DNA from: a virus
Taxonomy: Duplodnaviria > Heunggongvirae > Uroviricota > Caudoviricetes
DNA length: 64,000 nucleotides
Reading direction: 5' to 3' (one strand)
Virus record (IMG/VR): IMGVR_UViG_3300028887_000001
Span: 156,088 to 220,087 of that record
The translations under genes were made by a program, and so were the position numbers. This document shows positions 9,635 to 19,096 of the stretch, in pieces. A model generated the notes under the pieces. That model was given only the letters and a program-made list of their open reading frames with translations, did no database searches and was not told where the DNA came from. The first letter of the stretch is position 1; each line of letters opens with the position of its first letter.

Positions 9635-11119
9635 TTAACATGTATAGAATTTAAATCCTTTAATATCCCCAATGAATGTACCTGCAAAGTTCTCTTCAAT
9701 TGGATATATCTTTGTTGGGTTCAACATATAATCTGGCATTATGGTCTCTGCCAATCCTTGTGTTCCTCCACCAAGTGATATATTATATGCAACACCTTCT
9801 TGTTTCTCTTTTATTTCATCCAGAGCATGCAGATTTAATTTTGGTAACTCTGATGTAATGTACTTCAATTTTCCATTAACATAGAACATAATTCTTATTC
9901 CGGTTTCTGATGCCCTTATTTTTACCCTTATTTTCGTCCATACGTCTTCTTTTATGATTCCTGGGTATGAATTACCACTGAGCACCTCATAATGCCACTG
10001 TGGGTCTCCTGAACAGCTTTTAACAAGGAATCTGTACCCTATTGAGCCATCATCATTAATCACGAACGCCAATGCATTATTATAAATGTCATTATATAGG
10101 GTTTGTTCGTCATATGTGTCTGTGTAACCACTTTCAAGTTTATCTATATTATGAACGGTATAACCTGTTGGTGTCCTATCCATATATAGGAAGAGGTTTC
10201 CATTAAATCCATTCTTTTTTGTCTTAAGAACAACAACCTCATTACCTTCATAATTGTGAATTGTGATTCCGCTTGATGTTCTGTCAAATATTAAAAACTT
10301 GTTGTCACTTTCAATATAATCATCATTTGGCGAGAATATATCAAACCCATTTGATGTTTCATATGTTTGTGCGCTTAATTCAATGTCATCATCAACCAAA
10401 TCAAACACAGAATCACCCTCTTCCTCTAATTCGCAATCGCCAAATGTGGTTCCACTTATTTCCAGGCCTTCATAAAGGTAAACCCATTTGTTTTCTGCTC
10501 TTGTACCAATATAGAAGAATATACCCTTATTGTTGGGGTGTGCATCATTTAATGTATTCGTACTTTCTGGTTCATAATTAACCTTTCTTAAATCAAATTC
10601 AAGGTTCCATTCCCCATTTATCTCGCTTGGTAATATGGCATAATCATCATCACTTCTAAAGAAACCCTGATAAAAGCCACCATTTAACTTTATGCTACCA
10701 TCCTCGTTTATTGATGTTGGATAATCATACAGTTGTGTGTTTCCGGTAACGGCATGCAAGTGAAGTCTTGTGTCCCCACTCTCTATCTCATAAGTGCTGT
10801 GAGTGTATATCTGATAGAACTCCCTGTTGGTTATTCTGTCTTTTATGTAAGATATTAAACCGTTATCAACACCAGTGTAACCAATGTTTTCCAATTTTAA
10901 TCCGTGACTACAAGCCTCACTATAAAAATAATCTTCTAAACTCGTTAATTCATTCCCACTTAAACACACATCATTTGTCGTGTCAATAACAACACTTGCA
11001 CAGCTTTCTGACAACACATCGCCACAAGAGCCATGAGAATTTAAATGCATGTCCCAATAATCAGTCTCATCTATATGAGTAATGGAACGCCTTACGTTAT
11101 TTAGAGTATAGTTTGACAT
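9635..11119 (-). CDS. hypothetical protein (494 aa), possible virion or tail-associated protein
   Basis: Long ORF only 18 nt upstream of the 505-aa ORF on the same strand. Confidence 0.4.
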   Translation of the reverse strand: MSNYTLNNVRRSITHIDETDYWDMHLNSHGSCGDVLSESCASVVIDTTNDVCLSGNELTSLEDYFYSEACSHGLKLENIGYTGVDNGLISYIKDRITNREFYQIYTHSTYEIESGDTRLHLHAVTGNTQLYDYPTSINEDGSIKLNGGFYQGFFRSDDDYAILPSEINGEWNLEFDLRKVNYEPESTNTLNDAHPNNKGIFFYIGTRAENKWVYLYEGLEISGTTFGDCELEEEGDSVFDLVDDDIELSAQTYETSNGFDIFSPNDDYIESDNKFLIFDRTSSGITIHNYEGNEVVVLKTKKNGFNGNLFLYMDRTPTGYTVHNIDKLESGYTDTYDEQTLYNDIYNNALAFVINDDGSIGYRFLVKSCSGDPQWHYEVLSGNSYPGIIKEDVWTKIRVKIRASETGIRIMFYVNGKLKYITSELPKLNLHALDEIKEKQEGVAYNISLGGGTQGLAETIMPDYMLNPTKIYPIEENFAGTFIGDIKGFKFYTC

Positions 11120-11160
11120 ATGCCTATTTTATTATAAATATCAAATAGACAACATTATTA

Positions 11161-11192
11161 AAAACAAAAAAACCCACCTCAATGAGGTGGGC
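11161..11192 (-). terminator. rho-independent terminator
   Basis: cccacctc/gaggtggg hairpin with an A-run on the plus strand, which is a T-run on the minus strand. Confidence 0.55.
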
Positions 11193-11210
11193 ATAAAGTG
11201 TTTGTTGGAA

Positions 11211-11390
11211 TTATTTCTCAGCAAGCACGGTGTCAACTGCTACGGTATCAACAGCCACGCTGTCAAAAACCTCTACGCTATCAACGGCAACACTGTCGCT
11301 GTCATTAACACCAGCAGCGTCGGTCTGGTTACCGCAAGCTGCAAAACTCATGGCTACAAACGCCACCATCAAGAATAAAATCTTTTTCAT
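11211..11390 (-). CDS. small lipoprotein (59 aa) with VAVDxV tandem repeats
   Basis: Hand translation gives MKKILFLMVAFVAMSFAACGNQTDAAGVNDSDSVAVDSVEVFDSVAVDTVAVDTVLAEK: signal peptide plus lipobox Cys, and a terminator immediately downstream. It falls below the ORF-track size cutoff. The overlapping plus ORF 11187..11378 is probably spurious. Confidence 0.4.
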   Translation of the reverse strand: MKKILFLMVAFVAMSFAACGNQTDAAGVNDSDSVAVDSVEVFDSVAVDTVAVDTVLAEK

Positions 11391-11445
11391 CGCTTTTAAA
11401 ATTTAAATTAATTATTTTATTCGAATATATAAATATCACTCTAAA

Positions 11446-12570
11446 TCAAAAACCAATTTTTGTTCGATTGTTTGTGTTTCCATTATCTTCAAGGAAATTG
11501 TATACATCACATAGTGGCATTGATTTTGCCAGTGACTTATCAATTGAGAGTTTTTCAAAGAGTTTTTCAACCTTTTCTTTCTCCAAATCCTTGAATTCGT
11601 ATTTAATCTTCATCCTACCCTTTCTGAGTATAGCCTTATCTATATTTTGCAGGTCTGTGTTAAATGTGCAGATGAACTTAAGCTTAAGGCTATCACCAAG
11701 AATTCCGTCAGAAATGTTTAGCAAACTTTGCATTGCTGGGTTGTGATGGTTCTCTCTTGGTTTGAGAAGACTTTCACTATCTTCCAAGACAAACACAGCA
11801 TTCTTACATGAGGAAATGTATTCGATAAACTCTGATGAGTCTACATATGCAAACATGCTTGAATCAATCCAGTAGAACATGACATCACTATTTGTCCCTA
11901 TTAAGTCCCTAATATAAGATGTCTTTCCAGTACCAGGCTTACCATGAAGAATCATTATGCAACTATCGTCCTGATGAATCAACTTATTAATCTTGTCGTT
12001 AATTGGCTTGAAATCATCATTGTAGTTCTCATCAATATTTCCCTTTGGTGTAATTTCCATGTACTTTGTCTCTATGTTTCCCCTTGAATTTCTCAAAACC
12101 CACCTAATTTGAGGTTTAAAATCCTTTTCAACCACGCAATCATATATCTCTTGTGGTATGTCCGGAGTATCCATGTAGAAAACACCATCGTAATATATAA
12201 ACTTATCATTGAAGACTAACTTCCTATCAAGCTTTGTCCTTCTATAATTGTATACCACAGAATCTGGGAACTTCTCGATTATCTTTTCAAGAGTTTTCTC
12301 CAAGTCAATATTCTGGGTCTTCTCACGGTATTCTTCTTCTGTACAATGACTATTGTATAAAGCCAAATCATCACTCTCTGTATAACCCTCAATATTTGTC
12401 GGGTCAATGTTATCGTAAATCCTGTCGCTCAACTGATTAAGATATGGTAACCTGCCAAAATGTTCTATTGCGAACTTTTCAACAACCATCTGGAAAATAT
12501 AACCAATTGTATCGTCACTCTTCCCGACCATCTCACCAATTCTCTTTCTTATGTCTTCAACATTCATCAT
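11446..12570 (-). CDS. AAA+ family ATPase
   Basis: Walker A ILHGKPGTGKTS, Walker B FVLEDSE, and arginine-finger-like KGRMKIK. Confidence 0.7.
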   Translation of the reverse strand: MMNVEDIRKRIGEMVGKSDDTIGYIFQMVVEKFAIEHFGRLPYLNQLSDRIYDNIDPTNIEGYTESDDLALYNSHCTEEEYREKTQNIDLEKTLEKIIEKFPDSVVYNYRRTKLDRKLVFNDKFIYYDGVFYMDTPDIPQEIYDCVVEKDFKPQIRWVLRNSRGNIETKYMEITPKGNIDENYNDDFKPINDKINKLIHQDDSCIMILHGKPGTGKTSYIRDLIGTNSDVMFYWIDSSMFAYVDSSEFIEYISSCKNAVFVLEDSESLLKPRENHHNPAMQSLLNISDGILGDSLKLKFICTFNTDLQNIDKAILRKGRMKIKYEFKDLEKEKVEKLFEKLSIDKSLAKSMPLCDVYNFLEDNGNTNNRTKIGF

Positions 12571-12589
12571 TGCATTAATCGTTAAATCC

Positions 12590-12612
12590 GGTGCAAAATT
12601 ACTAAAATTTTT
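12590..12612 (-). promoter_or_regulatory. conserved promoter motif
   Basis: Forward ggtgcaaaattactaaaattttt lies about 20 nt upstream of the 12570 start. Confidence 0.55.
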
Positions 12613-12684
12613 AGAAACACAAAATAATGAATAATAATTTTTACCTAATTTATATGGTTTTCTTGATTTATATCAATGTTTTTT

Positions 12685-12716
12685 AAAAAAAACCACCCTC
12701 AAATGAAGGTGGTTTC
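12685..12716 (-). terminator. rho-independent terminator
   Basis: aaccaccctc...gaaggtggtt hairpin plus a T-run on the minus strand, after the OmpA-like gene. Confidence 0.55.
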
Positions 12717-12734
12717 TAAACATGTAACAACAAA

Positions 12735-13766
12735 TTACTTGCCATCAGCATTTTCTACAATAACAATTCGATTTGATGCGTTTCCGACAGAACCATAACC
12801 AACTGCACTCTTAACATCAACACCCTTTTCCTTAAGGTATTCGGCAACAACATCTGCTCTCTTTTGTGAAAGTTTCTGGTTATAGGTTTTTGTTCCTTCT
12901 GGTGAAGCATAACCAAGAATGTCTACGGAACCAGCAACCTTATCGAGAACTTCCTTTGCTGCATCATTAAGTACATAGCTGTTCTGTGCAAAATTAACAA
13001 CAAATGTGTTATTTACGTATTCAACCTTTTCAACGACCTTTTCCCTAACCTTTGTTACAACAACCCTTTCTGGCTTCTTCTCAAGCGCATCCTTCTGACT
13101 TAGGTTTTCTGAATAAAGTCTGTTAAGCTCTGCCGACATTGCACCAACATCATATACCTTGAAGTGATGTGTTCCATTAGAAGTCTTAAAGTGGTATACA
13201 TAGCCAGCCATAAGAGCAAGTTGTGCGTGTTCCTTGTTGAACTGAACTGTGTTATTGTTCTTCAAGTTCCAATAAACGCCTGGGCTAACAAACAATGTAT
13301 GTGCCTTCTTCTTTCCAAGGTTAAAGTTGAAATCAAGTGCTGTCTTTGCACTGAGGCCATCGCCACTCTTCCAGAAGTGAAGCCATCCCATGCCAACATT
13401 TGTCTTTACCTCAAACAAACGAGGGGTTCCCTTATAACCACAGAAAAGATTATTAAGGTTAACAGTACCGTTTACGGTAAGATTTGTACCCTTTACGAAT
13501 GTCTGTGTCCAGCGTTGGAAATTGTTGTCATTGAAGAACACCTGTGCTTCAACCTCCGCACCAAAAATAGGTGTAAGCTCCTTACCAACCTTAAGACCCG
13601 CTACAGTGTTAAGTGGAAACACACCATCAAAATTGAGAGGTGTTGCCACACCAATTTCTGCACCAGCATAAACGTTGTCAAACAACTTTGCATTCTCTGT
13701 TGCAAGCTGTGCGCTTGCAATCGTCATGGTTGCAAAAGCAACCAAAGTCAAAATAAACTTTTTCAT
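12735..13766 (-). CDS. OmpA-family outer-membrane protein (signal peptide plus C-terminal OmpA peptidoglycan-binding domain)
   Basis: N-terminus MKKFILTLVAFATMTIASAQ. C-terminus NSYVLNDAAKEVLDKVA...ILGYASPEGTKTYNQKLSQKRADVVAEYL is the OmpA_C motif. Confidence 0.75.
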   Translation of the reverse strand: MKKFILTLVAFATMTIASAQLATENAKLFDNVYAGAEIGVATPLNFDGVFPLNTVAGLKVGKELTPIFGAEVEAQVFFNDNNFQRWTQTFVKGTNLTVNGTVNLNNLFCGYKGTPRLFEVKTNVGMGWLHFWKSGDGLSAKTALDFNFNLGKKKAHTLFVSPGVYWNLKNNNTVQFNKEHAQLALMAGYVYHFKTSNGTHHFKVYDVGAMSAELNRLYSENLSQKDALEKKPERVVVTKVREKVVEKVEYVNNTFVVNFAQNSYVLNDAAKEVLDKVAGSVDILGYASPEGTKTYNQKLSQKRADVVAEYLKEKGVDVKSAVGYGSVGNASNRIVIVENADGK

Positions 13767-13789
13767 CTTCTTTTCTTTTTTTTTAATTT

Positions 13790-13975
13790 TTATTGATTAT
13801 CTTTTATTATATCTTTTACATCTTTAAGCCATCTTATGAAACCATTCAATTCTTTTAGGCTAGTGAATTCAAGTGCGGTCCCACGAGCCACACCCATACG
13901 TGTCATTTTTGATACGACCATAGAATTATCGTCGTCAGACAAAATTTTAATTTTTGTGATTTTTTCTGCTTTCAT
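13790..13975 (-). CDS. hypothetical small protein (61 aa)
   Basis: ORF in tight co-directional array. Confidence 0.3.
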   Translation of the reverse strand: MKAEKITKIKILSDDDNSMVVSKMTRMGVARGTALEFTSLKELNGFIRWLKDVKDIIKDNQ

Positions 13976-13995
13976 TTTTTTTTTATTTTAATTAT

Positions 13996-14244
13996 TTAGA
14001 AATATGAATATAATAACTCTCTTTCACAAGATGGAAATTCACCCTTAAGTCCATATGCAGAAATTGATGAGTCCGTGCATGGTTGCCAACAGCCATACTT
14101 TGCGCTCTCCTGTAACATATCTACATAAAAGTCAATCTCTTCAAGGTCTTCAATGTTATTCTTATTGATAAAATCAATGCAAGTTTGAACAAGAATGTCT
14201 TGCAGTTCTTTTATCTCTTCCTCTGTTAATTTATGTTTCTCCAT
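13996..14244 (-). CDS. hypothetical small protein (82 aa)
   Basis: ORF in tight co-directional array. Confidence 0.35.
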   Translation of the reverse strand: MEKHKLTEEEIKELQDILVQTCIDFINKNNIEDLEEIDFYVDMLQESAKYGCWQPCTDSSISAYGLKGEFPSCERELLYSYF

Positions 14245-14252
14245 TTATTATT

Positions 14253-14489
14253 TTATAAACCATTTGGGTATAACAAATCAAATGCATTGTGAAGCATAAA
14301 CTCTTCACTTTCAGTTAAAACACTTTTATTACTTAATCTTGAAATGAGATTAATTAAATATGTGGAATCATAATAATCAGTGAAATATCCACATTTATTT
14401 AACTCCTTTTCCTTAGCCCTCTTTTTTGCCTGTCTTTCTCTACTTTTTTCAAAAAACTTCTCTAATGATTCTTTACTTCTTAAACTCAT
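14253..14489 (-). CDS. hypothetical small protein (78 aa)
   Basis: ORF in tight co-directional array. Confidence 0.35.
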   Translation of the reverse strand: MSLRSKESLEKFFEKSRERQAKKRAKEKELNKCGYFTDYYDSTYLINLISRLSNKSVLTESEEFMLHNAFDLLYPNGL

Positions 14490-14503
14490 ATCTATATTTA
14501 TTA

Positions 14504-15184
14504 TTAATTTTCAAACCACCAAATTAATTCACTATTAATGCTAACCTTTAATTCCCCCATACTCTTCCACTCGTCCCAATAATCTTCAAGGTATTCGTCA
14601 TCAGACTTATGTATGTCACTGAAGAACTCATCAACATCTGATTCGTTTACTGGTTTAATAATAATGGAGGCGTCGCCATTACAAAACCTTACAATTTTAG
14701 CAGGAATTCCTTTATATTTGATTCTTCTCCCAACACAATTTTTATCGAATTCATATGAACACAAATCTAACGGGTGTTCTGGATATTCTGTCATTTTACA
14801 CTGTGCTTGAGCCACGCCATAGTACATATCCCTTGTTACGAACCTTTCAAATATCTCACCATTCCTTAAGATGTCAATTTGACACCTTGAAGAAGCCTCT
14901 GTTTCATCCCACTTTGTTTTTGATGTTGTTTTTTCAACAACCTTGAAACCCCATTCACAAGCAACACCATCGAATTGAATTAAGTTCTCATATGTTGGTT
15001 CCTCAAATCTAGGACATGCCCATGCATAGTCATGTCTACCACCTATTGAATGGTTATATTCACCATCGTCATCATATGCAAAAAACACCTTATAAGGTTC
15101 TCCATTTACCCTTGCATCCCAACTTAGTTCGTGCAAAACTTTCTTCAGGTCTGTGCTTTCATCTATAAGCCTTATTTCACTCAT
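14504..15184 (-). CDS. hypothetical protein (226 aa), translationally coupled to the Stealth-like gene
   Basis: ATGA start/stop overlap at 15181..15184 with the upstream gene. Confidence 0.45.
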   Translation of the reverse strand: MSEIRLIDESTDLKKVLHELSWDARVNGEPYKVFFAYDDDGEYNHSIGGRHDYAWACPRFEEPTYENLIQFDGVACEWGFKVVEKTTSKTKWDETEASSRCQIDILRNGEIFERFVTRDMYYGVAQAQCKMTEYPEHPLDLCSYEFDKNCVGRRIKYKGIPAKIVRFCNGDASIIIKPVNESDVDEFFSDIHKSDDEYLEDYWDEWKSMGELKVSINSELIWWFEN

Positions 15185-16098
15185 TGTTGTTCCAATATTT
15201 TAGTCATTAAATCTTCCAGAAGTGATTTTGTTTCTGAAACCATTTCTTGCGTTACCCACCATGCGTCATTAATACATTCAACATCGTTTAAGTAATTCAT
15301 TTTACCACCTAAAACGGATTTTAACCAATTATTTAATTCATCATCGCCAACACTTCTAAAACAAAATTTATATGGTAACTTTTCATCAAACACCAATTCA
15401 TTCTTCAAGCCATACATAAGATACAAGTCCATATTCATGTTATTAAAGTATCTTACCGTATGTAATGAACCCATTATAAACCTTTCATATTTGCAATAAC
15501 ATTCTTCACACAGAGATTTCGTCAGTGGCCTTAATGTGTGTTGTGTATAACAAACCTGTGAATAATCACTATTATTTGACCTCCTGTCATAAACCAAATT
15601 TGTTGCATTCGACATGTGTAGGTCATATAAACAATTGTTTGGGCATTTCTTCCAGTTGAAAGACGCTCTCGGCTTGCCATCCTTAAAGAAATATTCTTTG
15701 AACAATGGTTTCATTGGAATCATGTCATCATTTCCGTATATGAAGTATTCAGAAAGACCAGGTATTCTCCACATGAAAAGTTCAATACAAGCCGATGAGA
15801 AGGTTATATAGCCATTCGGCATGAATTCAGACTCATTAACCCTGATAATCCTACCGCTTGATTCATTAATCAATTTAATTGTAGAATCTGGGAGAACCTG
15901 AACGTCTTTACACACCAAATACACCTTATTTATAAAGTTAAGGTTTTTCAGTATCAATTTCAATGTTAGTGTTATGTCTATGTAGTTAGAATTCACATTA
16001 CTATTGTATTCCAGCCCAGTTACATTTTCATATAAATCACGAACATCATCATCGGAATAATCACAATAACTAATGATATAATCTATCGGTTTATCCAT
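15181..16098 (-). CDS. Stealth-family-like hexose-1-phosphoryl transferase candidate (capsule phosphotransferase-like)
   Basis: IDYIISYCDYSDDD (CR1-like), LKLILKNLNFINKVYLV (CR2-like) and FIYGNDDMIP (CR3 NDD-like) resemble the Stealth conserved regions from memory. Needs an HMM check. Confidence 0.4.
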   Translation of the reverse strand: MDKPIDYIISYCDYSDDDVRDLYENVTGLEYNSNVNSNYIDITLTLKLILKNLNFINKVYLVCKDVQVLPDSTIKLINESSGRIIRVNESEFMPNGYITFSSACIELFMWRIPGLSEYFIYGNDDMIPMKPLFKEYFFKDGKPRASFNWKKCPNNCLYDLHMSNATNLVYDRRSNNSDYSQVCYTQHTLRPLTKSLCEECYCKYERFIMGSLHTVRYFNNMNMDLYLMYGLKNELVFDEKLPYKFCFRSVGDDELNNWLKSVLGGKMNYLNDVECINDAWWVTQEMVSETKSLLEDLMTKILEQQ

Positions 16099-16115
16099 TC
16101 TTCAAATTAAATTTC

Positions 16116-16140
16116 TGGTGCAAAATTACTATAATTTTTA
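16116..16140 (-). promoter_or_regulatory. conserved promoter motif
   Basis: Forward tggtgcaaaattactataattttta lies about 18 nt upstream of the 16098 start. Confidence 0.5.
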
Positions 16141-16232
16141 AAACTAAACAACAAAAACATAAATTATTTTTATCAAAATTGAAAATTTTTTAAAAAACCT
16201 TACTATTTATATATTACAATAAACTTTGTTGT

Positions 16233-16604
16233 ATGAAAAATAATGAAATTCGTTTAAGTGAACAGGAATTGTATTCTCTTATTAAAGAAAGTGTTATTGA
16301 AACATTGAATGAGGGTAAATGGTCTGATTATCTTAGTGCTGGTGCTCTTGGCCTTGGATTAGCTGGAAGTGCTGTTGGTACAATGGTTCAAGACCCAAAG
16401 TATAGTGATAACGTAGATATGCCTTCTCACGAAATCACGGTTCAACCTGGCGATGATGAAATTGAATTCGAAACAGACATTGAACCACAATACATTTCAT
16501 CAGAAGAGGATTTCTATGATAATGATGAATATGTTGGTGAAAGTAGGTTGTCAAACGCAATAGATAGAATTATAACAGAGGAAATTTCCAAGGTTCTTTC
16601 ATGA
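16233..16604 (+). CDS. hypothetical protein (123 aa) carrying the ESQL-type motif
   Basis: Contains SEQELYSLIKESVIETLNEG, similar to the motifs in 55654..56082. Confidence 0.45.
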   Translation: MKNNEIRLSEQELYSLIKESVIETLNEGKWSDYLSAGALGLGLAGSAVGTMVQDPKYSDNVDMPSHEITVQPGDDEIEFETDIEPQYISSEEDFYDNDEYVGESRLSNAIDRIITEEISKVLS

Positions 16605-16629
16605 ACCTTTCTATATATCTCCTTTCCTG

Positions 16630-16668
16630 TGGCATCATGATTATCTCTTGGTGCCATTTTTTTTTTTA
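16630..16668 (+). terminator. putative rho-independent terminator
   Basis: Imperfect tggca...tgcca hairpin followed by T11. Confidence 0.4.
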
Positions 16669-16959
16669 GTTTGAAGACTTCTTCCCTGTTACTATCAAGT
16701 TTAGTTTATGATGTGTATTTCTATCCATATTGTGAACATCGTCCCAAGAAAAAATTTGGTTTGAGGTTACTCTTTTTTCGTACTCTTTTTTCATGATTTT
16801 ACTTTTTGTTGACAAATAATCCATATACTGCACCCAGACAATATTTGGATTTAAATCTACTGTTGCGTCACATTGGTTGCGTTTTCTTGTTGTTATATAA
16901 GTTGCAAACAACAGAATTAAAATCCAGCCTACTAAAGCTAAAATATAAACTAAAATCAT
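16666..16959 (-). CDS. small membrane protein (97 aa)
   Basis: N-terminal hydrophobic helix MILVYILALVGWILILLFATYI. Confidence 0.4.
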   Translation of the reverse strand: MILVYILALVGWILILLFATYITTRKRNQCDATVDLNPNIVWVQYMDYLSTKSKIMKKEYEKRVTSNQIFSWDDVHNMDRNTHHKLNLIVTGKKSSN

Positions 16960-17044
16960 ATTATTCTTTCTTTATTAATATATAATGCATTCTTGTATTA
17001 TTTTCAACTTTGCTTATATATTAGTATAAAATTTTTAAAACAAT

Positions 17045-17461
17045 ATGGAAAATCAAGAGATTATTTACAACTACTTGCAGACGTTTCCAAAGGATACAAC
17101 TGTAGAAACACTTATTGAGAACATGGATAAGGCTAATGAAGAATTTATTGAGAGTCACAACAAACAACTAAAACTCTTGAAAGAAGAGTTTATTAATAAT
17201 GTCTATTATTACGAAGAAAATGATGATGATAGGGTTGTTTGCAAGTATATAACAAAGGTTAGGGACTTCAACGAGGCAACGTTTTCTAATTTTCTTTTTA
17301 ACTGCACAATAATCGCAATCACCAATAGCGAAATTAGAATTGATAGGGATGCAAAGATTGATTTGAGGTCTCTAAGGATGGCAAAGAAGGTCGATAATGG
17401 TGTTTATGAGAAAGCGGAAGAATGCGTCGATAAGTTATCACAATTAAAACCAGACGAATAA
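17045..17461 (+). CDS. hypothetical protein (138 aa)
   Basis: ORF followed by a terminator. Confidence 0.45.
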   Translation: MENQEIIYNYLQTFPKDTTVETLIENMDKANEEFIESHNKQLKLLKEEFINNVYYYEENDDDRVVCKYITKVRDFNEATFSNFLFNCTIIAITNSEIRIDRDAKIDLRSLRMAKKVDNGVYEKAEECVDKLSQLKPDE

Positions 17462-17467
17462 ATAAAG

Positions 17468-17497
17468 AACCCAACCTTCAAGGCTGGGTTTTTTTAG
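17468..17497 (+). terminator. rho-independent terminator
   Basis: aacccaacc...ggctgggtt hairpin plus T7. Confidence 0.55.
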
Positions 17498-17541
17498 GAA
17501 ATGATATAGAACTTGGCACAATTAGTTACTTTTTTTTTATT

Positions 17542-18147
17542 TTAATTTTTCTTTGTTTGTTCATTTAAATTGGTTTTAAACTTCAATGTTGCTTCGTATA
17601 CATCGCCGTTCTCGGTAATGAAACTAAACTTATCACCAATTTTAACTGCTTGAACCGTTCCGACACCCTTCGTGCTTTCTGTCATCAGTTTCTTTGCCAT
17701 TGCGGAGACATATTTCTTTACGTTTTCTTGCACGGCCTCGTTAATTATGGTTCTTAAGAGAGAATAATCAATAGCACCATTTGCTACTGGTTGTGGTGTC
17801 ACTGATTCGTTCACTGCATTCTCATTTCTTAGCACATCAAGGCTTTCCAATTCAAGGCTATCAAGCACTGATGTCGGCATTTCAAGTGGGGTTCCTGGGT
17901 TCTGCTTAAATGATTCTAAAACAGAACGTGGAATTTTAGAGTTTTGCATGATGCTTTCATTTACAACAACCTTACCATTACCACCCATCTTTGGTGTATA
18001 ATTAACACCCTCTTGGCTATAAGAAACTGAACCATTGTTCTTTGCGCTTTCAAGCATCTTATCCATTTGCCCATTCGAGTCCATGGCCATCAATTTTCTA
18101 ATTGTGTTCCTATTAGCCATTAAATTATTTAATGCATTTGCTGCCAT
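17542..18147 (-). CDS. hypothetical protein (201 aa)
   Basis: ORF. Confidence 0.45.
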   Translation of the reverse strand: MAANALNNLMANRNTIRKLMAMDSNGQMDKMLESAKNNGSVSYSQEGVNYTPKMGGNGKVVVNESIMQNSKIPRSVLESFKQNPGTPLEMPTSVLDSLELESLDVLRNENAVNESVTPQPVANGAIDYSLLRTIINEAVQENVKKYVSAMAKKLMTESTKGVGTVQAVKIGDKFSFITENGDVYEATLKFKTNLNEQTKKN

Positions 18148-18183
18148 TTTATTTTCTATTTTATTAAAATATAATTATCTATC

Positions 18184-19080
18184 TTACTTTTTCAATTTCG
18201 AACCACCCACATTAAGCCCTCTTTTTTCCTTCTCTTTTTGTGTTAGTTCAAGATTTCTTTTTATCATGTCCCTGAATTGTTCATCTGACATTGATTTTTC
18301 TGATTCCGGTTTGTTTTTCCACCAGTTATACATATTATTGATAAACTTGTCGTTTTCACTAGATTCGTTTCCGTTTTGATTTGTTGTATTTCCAACTATT
18401 GGCCCATTTTGCTTGGGCTCTTGTTGTATTGGTGGGTTTTCGGTGTTATCTGGCTGTGTTTGTTGTTTTTGCTGTTTAACCGGCTGTGATTGCTGTGGCT
18501 GAGAACCAACATTATCTGGCTTTTCTGGTCCGTTTGCTGGCGTTGGGTTTCCTATTGGTCCACTTTGCTTTGGCTCTTGTTGTACTGGTTGCTGATTACC
18601 CTGGTTTTGATTTTGCTGAAGTTGCTTTATATTAATGGGTTTGTTTTGTTGCAATTGTCTTGTTTTTGCCCTTAATCTTTCCAAATCAGTCAATGGCTCT
18701 TCTCCAAGTTCAACAACCTTATATATTGTTGGCAACAGCTTGTCATTCCCATTAAACGCTTGTGCTGCCCAACCCCTTGCTTTTGGTTCTAATTCAAAGT
18801 GGTTTTCTGTTGGCTCCCATGATTCTATCCTGTCAAGCCTGAACAACTTCCACTTTGGAACACCTCTTTTCGTATCTCCATAGTATTGATAAGCTCTAAT
18901 TGCTGGGTTGTTTTGTGTTGTTGCTCCATAAACATAAGGTTCAATATATCTAACACCGCCATGATTATTATTCTCACCACTATAAGTTATGAGAACACCA
19001 ACTCTGTTGTCTATCGCTTTAACAACTTCGTCTCCAGCTACGGATTCATTTATAAATCCCTCTGTTAAATATAAAACCAC
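18184..19080 (-). CDS. hypothetical protein (298 aa) with internal Q/P-rich duplicated linker
   Basis: The QQEPKQ(S/N)GPI(G/V)N segment is repeated; DNA direct repeats of about 27 bp lie near 18405 and 18565. Confidence 0.45.
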   Translation of the reverse strand: MVLYLTEGFINESVAGDEVVKAIDNRVGVLITYSGENNNHGGVRYIEPYVYGATTQNNPAIRAYQYYGDTKRGVPKWKLFRLDRIESWEPTENHFELEPKARGWAAQAFNGNDKLLPTIYKVVELGEEPLTDLERLRAKTRQLQQNKPINIKQLQQNQNQGNQQPVQQEPKQSGPIGNPTPANGPEKPDNVGSQPQQSQPVKQQKQQTQPDNTENPPIQQEPKQNGPIVGNTTNQNGNESSENDKFINNMYNWWKNKPESEKSMSDEQFRDMIKRNLELTQKEKEKRGLNVGGSKLKK

Positions 19081-19096
19081 CTTCTATATGTTTTTG

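Noticed and set aside
11187-11378. Plus-strand 63-aa ORF
   Set aside because: It overlaps a better candidate on the minus strand, a 59-aa lipoprotein with signal peptide, lipobox and a downstream terminator.
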